From assembly GCA_934122275.1 (NCBI GenBank), contig CAKOWI010000003.1, positions 29,952 through 93,951 on the forward strand: a stretch of DNA of 64,000 bases, read 5' to 3'. The notes under the pieces are model-generated. The model was not told where the DNA came from. It made no database searches and saw only the letters and a list, made by a program, of their open reading frames with translations. Shown piece by piece: positions 46,050-55,110 of the stretch. Source of the stretch: an uncultured Bacilli bacterium. Its GTDB lineage: Bacteria; Bacillota_I; Bacilli_A; RF39; UBA660. Made by a program: the position numbers and the translations under genes. Within the stretch, counting starts at the first letter, position 1. Each line of letters opens with the position of its first letter.

Positions 46050-46376
46050 CTATTGAAGTTTGCTACTAAAAATATTACTTATATCAGATGATGTACTATT
46101 CCAACATTCTTTCCATTCATCATTACCAATCCATCCCATTACTATTGAAACTATAAGTGGAACGGCAAAAACTATAACAGCAGCTATTACTCTTTTTATT
46201 AAAACTTTCTGATTTTTCTTTATATCTTCTTCTTTACCAGCAATGACAGCTTTAACCAAGTCAATTGTTCCTAATACTATAAGAATAATTGGAACAACCC
46301 ATTGAATTATTTTAAGTATAAATTTTACTATAGCAACAACATCGCCTAACCCTTCACAATCAGCAAGTACGAACAT
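46050..46376 (-). CDS. Small VirB2/TrbC-like (pilin-like) two-helix membrane protein
   Basis: PIILIVLGTIDLVKAVIAGKEEDIKKNQKVLIKRVIAAVIVFAVPLIV forms a hydrophobic helix, a charged loop and a second hydrophobic helix. GGAGGAG RBS, first gene of the cluster. Confidence 0.55.
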   Translation of the reverse strand: MFVLADCEGLGDVVAIVKFILKIIQWVVPIILIVLGTIDLVKAVIAGKEEDIKKNQKVLIKRVIAAVIVFAVPLIVSIVMGWIGNDEWKECWNSTSSDISNIFSSKLQ

Positions 46377-46402
46377 ATTATCTCCTCCAATCTTATATTA
46401 GT

Positions 46403-46431
46403 ATTCTAAAACATTTTTACGTCTTTGTCAA
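46403..46431 (-). promoter_or_regulatory. Near-consensus promoter for the small pilin-like gene (TTGACA-17-TAGAAT)
   Basis: Read on the minus strand: TTGACAaagacgtaaaaatgtttTAGAAT. Confidence 0.55.
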
Positions 46432-46514
46432 TTTGTATTTATAAATAATTTATTTTTTTACATTTTATTTGTATTAATTAATAATAAGTGATAGAATTAT
46501 TTTGGGTGATATAT

Positions 46515-46931
46515 ATGAAAAAAGGATTAAAAATATTAGTTTCAGTATTAATTATGTGTTTTATACTTTCAGGATGTTCTGAAAGTAAAAACATAAAAAG
46601 TATTAGTTTAAATGAATTTAAACAAAAAATAGAAAATAAAGAAACATTTGTAGTATACGTTGGTAATAAAGACTGTGTTCATTGTAATAATTATATGCCT
46701 ACATTAAAAAAAGTACTAAAAAATTATAACATTACAATATATCAAATTGATAACAGTAAATTAACTGAAGAAGAATATGGTAATTTTAAAACTTATGTAA
46801 GTATTTCTGGAACTCCAACTATAGCATTCATAAAAAACGGTGAAGAAGAATCAACTTTAGATAGAATAGTTGGTGAAACAGATGAAGAAACTACAATAAA
46901 AAAATTTAAGTCTAACGGTTATATTAAATAA
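46515..46931 (+). CDS. Thioredoxin-fold lipoprotein (CxxC = CVHC)
   Basis: Lipobox LSGC and VVYVGNKDCVHCNNYMPTL...ISGTPT (cis-Pro loop) indicate an extracytoplasmic thioredoxin-like protein. Confidence 0.7.
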   Translation: MKKGLKILVSVLIMCFILSGCSESKNIKSISLNEFKQKIENKETFVVYVGNKDCVHCNNYMPTLKKVLKNYNITIYQIDNSKLTEEEYGNFKTYVSISGTPTIAFIKNGEEESTLDRIVGETDEETTIKKFKSNGYIK

Positions 46932-46940
46932 CCTTTAGAC

Positions 46941-47648
46941 TTATTTTTTTACATTTCCAAATCTTCTATCCCTTTTATTAAATGATTCAAGTGCTTTATC
47001 AAATTCTTTTTCATCAAAATCTGGCCATAAAGTATCAGTAAAATATAATTCAGCATAAGCCATTTGCCATAACATAAAATTACTTACTCTATACTCTCCA
47101 CTTGTTCTTATCATTAAATCTATAGGTGGTAAATCATTAAACAAATATTTACTATACATATTAGAATTAATGTCTTCTATGTTTAATTCTCCATTTTTTA
47201 CCTCGTTACATATTTTTTTAGTAGCTTCTACTATTTCATCTTGACCACCATAATTTAAACATATATTAAATATACCATTTTGATTATTTTCCGTTTCTAA
47301 AGTCATTTCATTCATTTGCTTTATTACTTTATCACTTAATCTATCTTTAACTCCAGAAAAAATAACTTTAACTCCTTTTTTCTTTACTAGCTCAAAATTT
47401 TCTTTAAAAGCTTTTATGAAAAGATCCATTAAGTAGTCAACTTCTTCTTTATCCCTTTTCCAATTTTCAGTTGAAAATGCAAATACACTCAAAACCTTAA
47501 CATTTTTATCATAAACATACTCAGATATCTTTTTTAATGCTTGAGCTCCCTTTTGATGTCCTTTTGTACGTTTTAATCCTCTTTTAGTAGCCCATCTACC
47601 ATTACCATCCATTATGATAGCTACATGATTTGGTACTTTATAATCCAT
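46941..47648 (-). CDS. uppS: Undecaprenyl diphosphate synthase
   Basis: HVAIIMDGNGRWA...AFSTENW...RTSGEYRVSNFMLWQ motifs. The ATG at 47648 follows a GGAGGTAA RBS; the track ORF is over-extended. Confidence 0.9.
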   Translation of the reverse strand: MDYKVPNHVAIIMDGNGRWATKRGLKRTKGHQKGAQALKKISEYVYDKNVKVLSVFAFSTENWKRDKEEVDYLMDLFIKAFKENFELVKKKGVKVIFSGVKDRLSDKVIKQMNEMTLETENNQNGIFNICLNYGGQDEIVEATKKICNEVKNGELNIEDINSNMYSKYLFNDLPPIDLMIRTSGEYRVSNFMLWQMAYAELYFTDTLWPDFDEKEFDKALESFNKRDRRFGNVKK

Positions 47649-47767
47649 ATTTACCTCCAAACAACTAAAACGAGTATAACATAAATATTTGTATAAACAC
47701 AACACATAGTAATATATTATTGTCAAAATTAACTTTATATCATCTAATTTAGTAGGAGTGATAATGT

Positions 47768-47890
47768 ATGTGGTGTATACTTTTATTTTTATTTATATTA
47801 CTAGTACCAATATTTGTAATATTCTTTGTTATACTATTTCCTATATTTATAATATTCTGGATACTAAATAACTGTTTCTGTAAAAAATAA
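47768..47890 (+). CDS. Possible 40-aa hydrophobic micropeptide (MWCILLFLFILLVPIFVIFFVILFPIFIIFWILNNCFCKK)
   Basis: My own translation. An AGGAG sequence lies about 10 nt upstream. AT-rich DNA readily produces such Phe/Ile/Leu ORFs, so support is weak. Confidence 0.2.
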   Translation: MWCILLFLFILLVPIFVIFFVILFPIFIIFWILNNCFCKK

Positions 47891-47899
47891 AACATTCTA

Positions 47900-48910
47900 T
47901 TAATTAGAATGTTCTAAACTTTCATATATACTTTTTAATTCTTTACCAATTATTTTAAGATCTCTTTCTTTAGCCACTTTATATGCTTCCTTAGTTACAT
48001 CTTTTAACTTTCCATCAAAAAATAATTTTATCTTTTCTTCAAACTCATCTAAATCTTTAGCCTTATACACATTCTTACCATCAGTAAGCCATCCATCAAA
48101 TATTGGAATATCTCTTATAATTGCATTTTGCATACATGCACAAGCTTCTATTATAGGAATTCCTTCTGTTTCTTCTAATGTAGGAAATAAATATAAATCT
48201 GCTCCATTCATAGCACCTTTAATTATATCTTGTTCTACATAACCTGCAAATACTAAATTATCCAACTTAGTATTTACTGCATCTCTAACCTTTTTAGTAG
48301 TTGCAGATAAAGGACTATAACCAAACCATATAAATTTATACTGTGGAAATCTTTTTGCCAGTGAAACAAAATCCACAATTCCCTTTCTTTCTATATAAAG
48401 ACCAACACCAAATATAACTTTGTCATCATCTTTATAGCCATAATCTTTTCTAAACTTTTTGCCTAATTTTTCATCCTTTTTAAAAAAATCAAGTTCAATA
48501 CCATTTGATACTGCATATATTTTTTTATTTTCTAATCCCTTATAATTTTCTAATAATTTTTTAGAATATAAAGTTGGAGTTACTATAACATCTCCTAAAC
48601 TATAACATTTTATAAGCCATTTTTTAAATAGCTTAGATGTTTGTTTAGATAAAATAAATCCATTTTTATAATCTTCTTCTGTAGAATGTGCATGGTATAC
48701 TATCTTTTTACCCTTCTTTTTAGCTCTTTTAGCCATTAAATAGGACTTAGGAAAATATGTATTTATATGTAAAATATCATAATCATCTTTTGGATTTAAT
48801 GTATATGGTACATTAGCATAAGTAAGAGCTTTCATTTGATGCTTTATAGCTTTTCCAAGTCCTGATTTACCAACTAACTTTTCATTTTCAGTATATAATA
48901 ATACTTTCAT
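47900..48910 (-). CDS. Glycosyltransferase family 4 (GT-B)
   Basis: The GT4 C-terminal motif EETEGIPIIEACACMQ (E-x7-E). Confidence 0.7.
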   Translation of the reverse strand: MKVLLYTENEKLVGKSGLGKAIKHQMKALTYANVPYTLNPKDDYDILHINTYFPKSYLMAKRAKKKGKKIVYHAHSTEEDYKNGFILSKQTSKLFKKWLIKCYSLGDVIVTPTLYSKKLLENYKGLENKKIYAVSNGIELDFFKKDEKLGKKFRKDYGYKDDDKVIFGVGLYIERKGIVDFVSLAKRFPQYKFIWFGYSPLSATTKKVRDAVNTKLDNLVFAGYVEQDIIKGAMNGADLYLFPTLEETEGIPIIEACACMQNAIIRDIPIFDGWLTDGKNVYKAKDLDEFEEKIKLFFDGKLKDVTKEAYKVAKERDLKIIGKELKSIYESLEHSN

Positions 48911-48925
48911 TTTTCACCTCTATAA

Positions 48926-49453
48926 TTACTCTTTATTCATATAAAAACTTATTGTTCTTTCTAAAGGATCTTCTTCTTTTTCTTCCTTCTTTTCTTCAGT
49001 ATCATAAAGGTCTTCTGTTTCTTCTATATTATTATTTCTTTTTTTTAACATTTCATATTCAGTTTTAACAGAATTAATGTTATCTTGATATCTATTAAGT
49101 TCTTCTATTACTTCATCATAAGTTTTTATTTTTTCTTTCTTTTCTCTTTTATTAGAAGTAAATATACCTATTTTAATGCTTGCTTTTTCCATAATTAAAT
49201 CATTTATTTTATCCGCAATTAAATTTATTAATTCATCAATGTTTTGAACACCATATTTTTTATCTAAAGAAAATACAATTCCACATTTACTAAAACTAGT
49301 AATAATATTTAAAATTATTTTATTTATTTTTTCATCTAATGCTCTAACATCTTTTTCTAAGACTGTTTTTAATGCATCATCAAATTCTTTATTTAAAGTA
49401 TCGTTATCTTCTGTATTATTATCATTTATACTATAAAATTTAATATCTTGCAT
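48926..49453 (-). CDS. Hypothetical coiled-coil protein
   Basis: ATG at 49453 after a GGAGG RBS; acidic C-terminus; no family recognised. Confidence 0.4.
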   Translation of the reverse strand: MQDIKFYSINDNNTEDNDTLNKEFDDALKTVLEKDVRALDEKINKIILNIITSFSKCGIVFSLDKKYGVQNIDELINLIADKINDLIMEKASIKIGIFTSNKREKKEKIKTYDEVIEELNRYQDNINSVKTEYEMLKKRNNNIEETEDLYDTEEKKEEKEEDPLERTISFYMNKE

Positions 49454-49521
49454 GTATATACCTCCCATATATATCTTATTATCATTAATACAATAATAAC
49501 ACAAAAGACAAATAAATCAAA

Positions 49522-50598
49522 CTATTTGTCTTTTTTCTTATTTGTTTTATCAAATGGTTTTATAAGATTTCTTGCCTTATCTGTTAATATGTCAGTAGTT
49601 AATATTACCCAAATAATAAGTATCATTAATATTATATAAATTATCATACCTAGTTTTTGATCTTTTAAAACAAACAAAATTGATGCTATTGAAAATAAAA
49701 TACTAACACAATATATTATTAAAACAGTACTTCTTTGACTGAATTTTTTATTTAATAACTGATGATGTAAGTGCTGTTTATCAGCTTCGTATATAGGTTT
49801 ATGATGTATTATTCTTCTTAATATTGCAAATAAAGTATCAAGTATAGGTATACCTAAAATAAGCATTGGAACAACAAGAGAAGTTAATGTTACAGCTTTA
49901 AAGCCTAATAAACATACAACTGCTATCATATATCCTAAAAACATAGAACCTATCTCACCCATAAATATTTTAGCAGGATTAAAATTAAATATTAAAAATC
50001 CAAGACAAGCTCCAAGCATTATAAAAGTAAGAGTTATCTCTAAACTACCTATATTATGCATTATAAAGGCAATAATACCTATAGTTGCAAAAAATATACT
50101 TGAAATACCTGCAGCTAATCCATCTAATCCATCTATAAAATTAATACAGTTCATTAATGACACTATAAATATTATTGTAAGTGGATATGAAAGCCATCCA
50201 AAGTTAAAGTAAAAACCAAAAGCTGTAATATCATTAAGTAAAATCTTACCATAAAAAGTTATTACAAGTGCTGCTGCTACTTGACCAACCATTTTTTCTT
50301 TAGCTTTAAGAGGCTCTATTACATCTAATATACCAGTTAATACAACAATAAAACCACCTATTAATATTGCAAGCATTTGAGTACTTTGTGGTGCAAAAAG
50401 CATATACCCAAATAAAAAACCTAAGAAAATCATAAGTCCACCCATTACTGGCATTGGTTTTTTATGAATCTTTCTTTCGTTTGGATAATCAAGTGCACCA
50501 ACATGAAATGATATCCACCTTACTATTGGAAAAAGTGCTGCAGTAAATACCATTACAAATATAACTATTTTTAAAACTGCTATAATTTTTTCATTCAT
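49522..50598 (-). CDS. MraY/WecA/TagO-family polyprenyl-phosphate N-acetylhexosamine-1-phosphate transferase
   Basis: About 10-11 transmembrane segments, NCINFIDGLDGLA and NPAKIFMGEIGS motifs. Confidence 0.75.
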   Translation of the reverse strand: MNEKIIAVLKIVIFVMVFTAALFPIVRWISFHVGALDYPNERKIHKKPMPVMGGLMIFLGFLFGYMLFAPQSTQMLAILIGGFIVVLTGILDVIEPLKAKEKMVGQVAAALVITFYGKILLNDITAFGFYFNFGWLSYPLTIIFIVSLMNCINFIDGLDGLAAGISSIFFATIGIIAFIMHNIGSLEITLTFIMLGACLGFLIFNFNPAKIFMGEIGSMFLGYMIAVVCLLGFKAVTLTSLVVPMLILGIPILDTLFAILRRIIHHKPIYEADKQHLHHQLLNKKFSQRSTVLIIYCVSILFSIASILFVLKDQKLGMIIYIILMILIIWVILTTDILTDKARNLIKPFDKTNKKKDK

Positions 50599-50614
50599 AT
50601 TAAATCACTCTCTT

Positions 50615-51511
50615 CTACTTACTAAATCCTATTTTTTCTCTTATTATATAACAAGGTCTAGCCAAACTATTTTTATACATTTTGCAAACATATAAAGCTA
50701 TTATTCCAACTGATAACATTATAAAAGAGATAAATAATATAATTGTTCTAAAAGATAAATTTCCCATTAACAAAAAGTTAATAAGTCCTATTAAAAATAT
50801 TATTATACCAACTATAAATATAAATGTAAGTGGCATAGTCGAAAATGATATAATACCATCTAATGAATATTTAGTTAATTTAATTAAACTCCATTTAGAT
50901 GTTCCATACTTTCTTTTTTCTGGTATATATGGAACATAAATTGTATTAAATCCTACAAAACTAAACATTCCCTTTAAAAACCTTGTTTTTTCCTTCATAG
51001 AGACAATTGCATCTCTAACGCTTCTTTTAAATACCCTAAAGTCTCCAGCACCTGGTAATAATTTTATTTCAGAAACATTATTAATAACTTTATAAAATAA
51101 AGCCGTTAAAGTTCTTTTAATTGTTCCTTCATCTTTTCTATTTTCTCTATATGCACATACAACATCATAATTTTTATTATCAAGTAATTTTTTGTACATT
51201 TCAATTAAAGTACTAGGATTATGTTGCATATCTGCATCCATTATAGAAATATACTTACCAGAACTATTTTCTAATCCCGCAAGCATCGCTGCTTCTTTAC
51301 CAAAATTTCTAGAAAAACTAATTACTTTAACGTTTTTATCCTTACCATTTAATTCTTTTAATCTCTCCAAAGTATCATCACTACTACCATCATCTACCAT
51401 GATTAGTTCATAGCTTATCTTATTTAAACTAAGAAGAGAAGAAATAGAATCATAAAACTCATTTACAGATTTAGACTCATTATAGCAAGGAACAACAATT
51501 GATAATTCCAT
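50615..51511 (-). CDS. Glycosyltransferase family 2 (GtrB/CsbB-like, two C-terminal transmembrane segments)
   Basis: LSIVVPCYNE, VDDGSSD and MDADMQH motifs. Confidence 0.8.
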   Translation of the reverse strand: MELSIVVPCYNESKSVNEFYDSISSLLSLNKISYELIMVDDGSSDDTLERLKELNGKDKNVKVISFSRNFGKEAAMLAGLENSSGKYISIMDADMQHNPSTLIEMYKKLLDNKNYDVVCAYRENRKDEGTIKRTLTALFYKVINNVSEIKLLPGAGDFRVFKRSVRDAIVSMKEKTRFLKGMFSFVGFNTIYVPYIPEKRKYGTSKWSLIKLTKYSLDGIISFSTMPLTFIFIVGIIIFLIGLINFLLMGNLSFRTIILFISFIMLSVGIIALYVCKMYKNSLARPCYIIREKIGFSK

Positions 51512-51520
51512 ATAAATATC

Positions 51521-52651
51521 CTACTTTCTTTTCTTTATTAATTTATTCCACTTTTCTAAAACAATATCTCCACTATATTCTTTAGATTTAGTCTTAGCAT
51601 TTTTACCTAATGATTTTCTTAGATTTTCATCATTTATTAAATCACTTATTTTCTCTATCATTTCATCTTCATTTCTATCTTTTATTAAATAACCATCTAC
51701 ACCATCACTAATTATTTCATTAGCACCTTGAGCAGAAGTATATGCTAAACATGGAACTCCAGCACTCATTGCTTCTATTAAAACCAATCCAAAACTTTCT
51801 GTATGTGATGTCATAACATAAATAGAACTATCACATAATAACTCATTAATACTTTCTTTATCTTGATATCCATGAAAAATAACTTTATCACCTAATTTTA
51901 GCTCTTTAGCTAAATCTAAAAGGTTATTTCTCTCCATTCCATCACCAATTATATTAAGACGCCATTCTGGATATTTAAAGGTTAATTTTTTAAATAATCT
52001 AAGTAAATCATCAAATCCTTTTTCTTTTGATAATCTACCAACAGAAATAATATTAGTCATATCTAATTTAGAAGTCTTTTTTGGAGCACTATCCAAACAA
52101 TTAGGAATATATACAGCCTTTTTATCTAAATATGATTGATAAAAATCTTTTAATTCTTTAGATACCAATACTAAATAATCCATATTCTCACAAGATTTTA
52201 CTAAATTATTAATGTATTTTTGATCATTATTATGATGATTATGTTCCCAAGCTATTTTTTTACAATTCTTATTAGCATATTTTGAAACCCAATTGTTATG
52301 CAAAGTTCTTGTAGAGATAAGTACATCTGTATCTAATTTTTTTATTGAATCAATCATTAACTTTCTTCTTAAATGTAATACCTTTATACTTTTAAAGCAC
52401 TCTTTAATAAACATAGAATAATTCTTATTCTTTTTGTAATAATCTAATTCTTTTTTATTAGGCTTTATATTTTCCATTAAGTAAGTTATTTTAACATTAT
52501 CATTTATTTTAAATACAGGCTCACTATATAATTTATAAGTTGATATTATTTCAACCTCATAATCTTTAGATAAAAGATTTGCTAGTGTTGCTATAGCATT
52601 TTCTATTCCACCATAACCTAAATGCAATGCTAGTATTGTTATTTTCTTCAT
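51521..52651 (-). CDS. Glycosyltransferase family 4
   Basis: HTESFGLVLIEAMSAGVPCLAY motif. Confidence 0.75.
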   Translation of the reverse strand: MKKITILALHLGYGGIENAIATLANLLSKDYEVEIISTYKLYSEPVFKINDNVKITYLMENIKPNKKELDYYKKNKNYSMFIKECFKSIKVLHLRRKLMIDSIKKLDTDVLISTRTLHNNWVSKYANKNCKKIAWEHNHHNNDQKYINNLVKSCENMDYLVLVSKELKDFYQSYLDKKAVYIPNCLDSAPKKTSKLDMTNIISVGRLSKEKGFDDLLRLFKKLTFKYPEWRLNIIGDGMERNNLLDLAKELKLGDKVIFHGYQDKESINELLCDSSIYVMTSHTESFGLVLIEAMSAGVPCLAYTSAQGANEIISDGVDGYLIKDRNEDEMIEKISDLINDENLRKSLGKNAKTKSKEYSGDIVLEKWNKLIKKRK

Positions 52652-52741
52652 ATTATTTCCTTCTTTTTTATAATTACTATCAAAACAATTATACTAAAAT
52701 TTAAAAAACTCGTCAAATAAACGAGTCTTACATGTAAAGTA

Positions 52742-53218
52742 TTATGAATTAATGTATTTTCTTATACTTTCTTTAAAGTTTTCACTATTAGATTCATACT
52801 TTTTTGGTTTAAACTTTTTAATATCTTCTAGTGCTTTACCTAGTTTTTTTATATCATAAACTGGTAATATATATTCTTTAGCAGCAAATTCTTTAGTTAT
52901 TTGAACTTGATGATCATTTGCATGCTCTTTATATTTCTTTAGTCTTGGAATAACTATTACCTTTTTTCCGTTTTCTATACATTCAGTAATCGTTCCAACT
53001 CCAGCATGTGATATAACTATTCTAGCTTTATTTATATAGTTTTGTATCTCATCTTTAGAACAAAAATCAAACATCTCTATCTTATCATCTGTATATTTTG
53101 TACATCCAACTTGTGCTACTACCTTTTCTTTTATTACTTTATTTTTTATTAATTTAGAAGTTTCTTTTAAAACCCTTTCAAATGGTTGATCTTGAGTTCC
53201 TAACAATATAAGTATCAT
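52742..53218 (-). CDS. Alg13-like glycosyltransferase subunit (GT28 C-terminal domain; PssE/EpsF-like)
   Basis: ILLGTQDQPFERV...ISHAGVGTI motif. The ATG at 53218 shares one nt with the upstream stop. Confidence 0.65.
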   Translation of the reverse strand: MILILLGTQDQPFERVLKETSKLIKNKVIKEKVVAQVGCTKYTDDKIEMFDFCSKDEIQNYINKARIVISHAGVGTITECIENGKKVIVIPRLKKYKEHANDHQVQITKEFAAKEYILPVYDIKKLGKALEDIKKFKPKKYESNSENFKESIRKYINS

Positions 53219-53688
53219 TAAAATATCCACCCTTCATATTTAGCTTTTGGATAAAGTTTAAGCATAGATTTCCATTGCACAATAAATACATCTGCAATAG
53301 GATATACTAGCCTACCAGTTAACGTTTTAGTTTCTATATTAGCAAAGGATTCTATATATATAACCTTCTTCTTAAAAATCTTTGCAATATAGCACATAGC
53401 AACACACGTATGTGCACCAGTTGTTACTATAACATCAGGTTTAAACTTTAAAAATATGACTAAACTCTTAATTACATTATATGGAATAACAAAAATATAT
53501 TTAAGCAAATGCTTTCTATTTCCAGTTAATAAATAATCTATTTTACTTTTATATATGTTTTTAAGCTTTGATGTTGATTTATGTTTTTCTGTTACTATTT
53601 TATAATCAAATTCTTTAAACATACTCTTTAATTGCATCATTTCGGTTAGATGCCCACCCATACTAGATATAAAAATTACTTTCTTCAT
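53218..53688 (-). CDS. Alg14-like glycosyltransferase membrane subunit (PssD/EpsE-like)
   Basis: SSMGGHLTEM...VVTTGAHTCV pattern, paired with the Alg13-like gene. Confidence 0.6.
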   Translation of the reverse strand: MKKVIFISSMGGHLTEMMQLKSMFKEFDYKIVTEKHKSTSKLKNIYKSKIDYLLTGNRKHLLKYIFVIPYNVIKSLVIFLKFKPDVIVTTGAHTCVAMCYIAKIFKKKVIYIESFANIETKTLTGRLVYPIADVFIVQWKSMLKLYPKAKYEGWIF

Positions 53689-53758
53689 AACTATCTCCTA
53701 AACAGATTATAACAAATTAAAAATAAATTGTATACAAATTTTAGTTATAGTTAAATGT

Positions 53759-53809
53759 AACTATTACCAAATATTTTGTCAAAAAAGAAAAACAGCACTA
53801 TGCTATTTA
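53759..53809. repeat. 51-bp direct repeat, copy 1 (terminator hairpin plus a TTGACA element)
   Basis: aactattaccaaatattttgtcaaaaaagaaaaacagcactatgctAttta matches 55111-55161 at 50 of 51 positions. Confidence 0.9.
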
Positions 53810-53982
53810 CCTTTTCCCACTATGTTAAACTTAGCTTTTTAAATTTTTCGATATTTGTTCACTTGGCTGCACTCGGTTAAACTTTTGGCAAAATGTATTC
53901 AAATCAGTATCTAAGTTGCATTTCTTTAAATATCTAAAATTATATTTAATTTCATAAATAGTCAAATTGACTTTTACAATCA

Positions 53983-54861
53983 CTATAATAAATATTTTTC
54001 ATTATTCATTTGTTCTTGTAGCTTTTCTAATTCATGTAAATTTTTATTATTTTGCAACGATTTCATTTGTCTTCTAGCAGAATTATTTAATCTAATCAAT
54101 CTTTCACTTTGTGGAACATTGTTTTCAATCAACTCTGCATTTGTGTTTTGCAAATTGTTTAAAATGACTAGATGAAGCAAATCTGTATAATCTCTAATGT
54201 TACCTTTTTGGGAAAGTTCTGGATTGTTATCTCTCCATTCTTTAGCAGTCATTCCAAATAATGCAACATTTAAAACCTCTGCTTCTTCTGCATAAATAAA
54301 TTTAATTTGTCTTTCGGTTAATGTTGGTACTATATATTCTTTTATTGCATCAGTATGAACAATATAATTTACTTTAGATAAAAGTCTAGTCGCACTCCAC
54401 TCTATTTTTTGTTGATATGCTTCATTATATTTTAGTCTTTCAAATTCTTTTATTAAATACAATTTAAATTCTGGTGAAAGCCAACTAGCAAATTCAAATG
54501 CTATGTCTGGATGTGCAAAAGTTCCACTATTATATCTACCTTGTTTTGAAATTATTCCAATTGCATTAGTTGCTTTAATCCACTTTTTAGGAGTCATAAT
54601 AAAAGCATTAGTTCCAGATTCATTTTTAAACCCATCGAATTCGATGGAATTAAAATTTTCATTATTTAGATACTCCCATGTACCCAAAAACAACAAGCTG
54701 TTAGTTGTTCTCATCCAGTTTTGAATAATATAATCTGTTCTATTTTTATCTTTATAATGTGCTAAATCCGTGATTGATATATAATCAACATTTCCTACTC
54801 GCATTATTCCAATTTTGTTATTTATTACATTCAATTCAGTTTTTATTAACTCTTGTTTCAA
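53983..54861 (-). CDS. KilA-N domain protein
   Basis: GNVDYISITDLAHYK...WMRTTNSLLFLGTWE...AFEFASWLSPEFKLYLIKEF is typical of KilA-N-type DNA-binding proteins. TTG start after an AAGGAGGAA RBS. Confidence 0.65.
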   Translation of the reverse strand: MKQELIKTELNVINNKIGIMRVGNVDYISITDLAHYKDKNRTDYIIQNWMRTTNSLLFLGTWEYLNNENFNSIEFDGFKNESGTNAFIMTPKKWIKATNAIGIISKQGRYNSGTFAHPDIAFEFASWLSPEFKLYLIKEFERLKYNEAYQQKIEWSATRLLSKVNYIVHTDAIKEYIVPTLTERQIKFIYAEEAEVLNVALFGMTAKEWRDNNPELSQKGNIRDYTDLLHLVILNNLQNTNAELIENNVPQSERLIRLNNSARRQMKSLQNNKNLHELEKLQEQMNNEKYLL

Positions 54862-54884
54862 AGATATTCCTCCTTATAAAAATA

Positions 54885-54989
54885 CTACCATTCCAAATAA
54901 TTTACTTTTTTACCTATATTTTTTGTATACTCTATTTCTGATTTTGTTGATTTACAAAAAGTTATTATCTTATAATTTTTAATCATCAT
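54885..54989 (-). CDS. Possible 34-aa ORF upstream of the KilA-N gene (MMIKNYKIITFCKSTKSEIEYTKNIGKKVNYLEW)
   Basis: My own translation, with a GAGGAGAAA RBS directly upstream. It ends 23 nt before the KilA-N start. No homology is known to me. Confidence 0.25.
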   Translation of the reverse strand: MMIKNYKIITFCKSTKSEIEYTKNIGKKVNYLEW

Positions 54990-55110
54990 TTTCTCCTCTC
55001 AATCATCATTTTTTATACTTAGGAAGACATTACCCATAGCAATCTGTGATACAGTGCTATTTTACAAAATAGTTCATATATTATCTCCTCCTTAGAAAAG
55101 ATATTATACA

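Noticed and set aside
53983-54861. The KilA-N gene as evidence for a prophage.
   Set aside because: There are no capsid, tail, terminase, integrase or lysis genes nearby. The cassette is only 1.3 kb between direct repeats.
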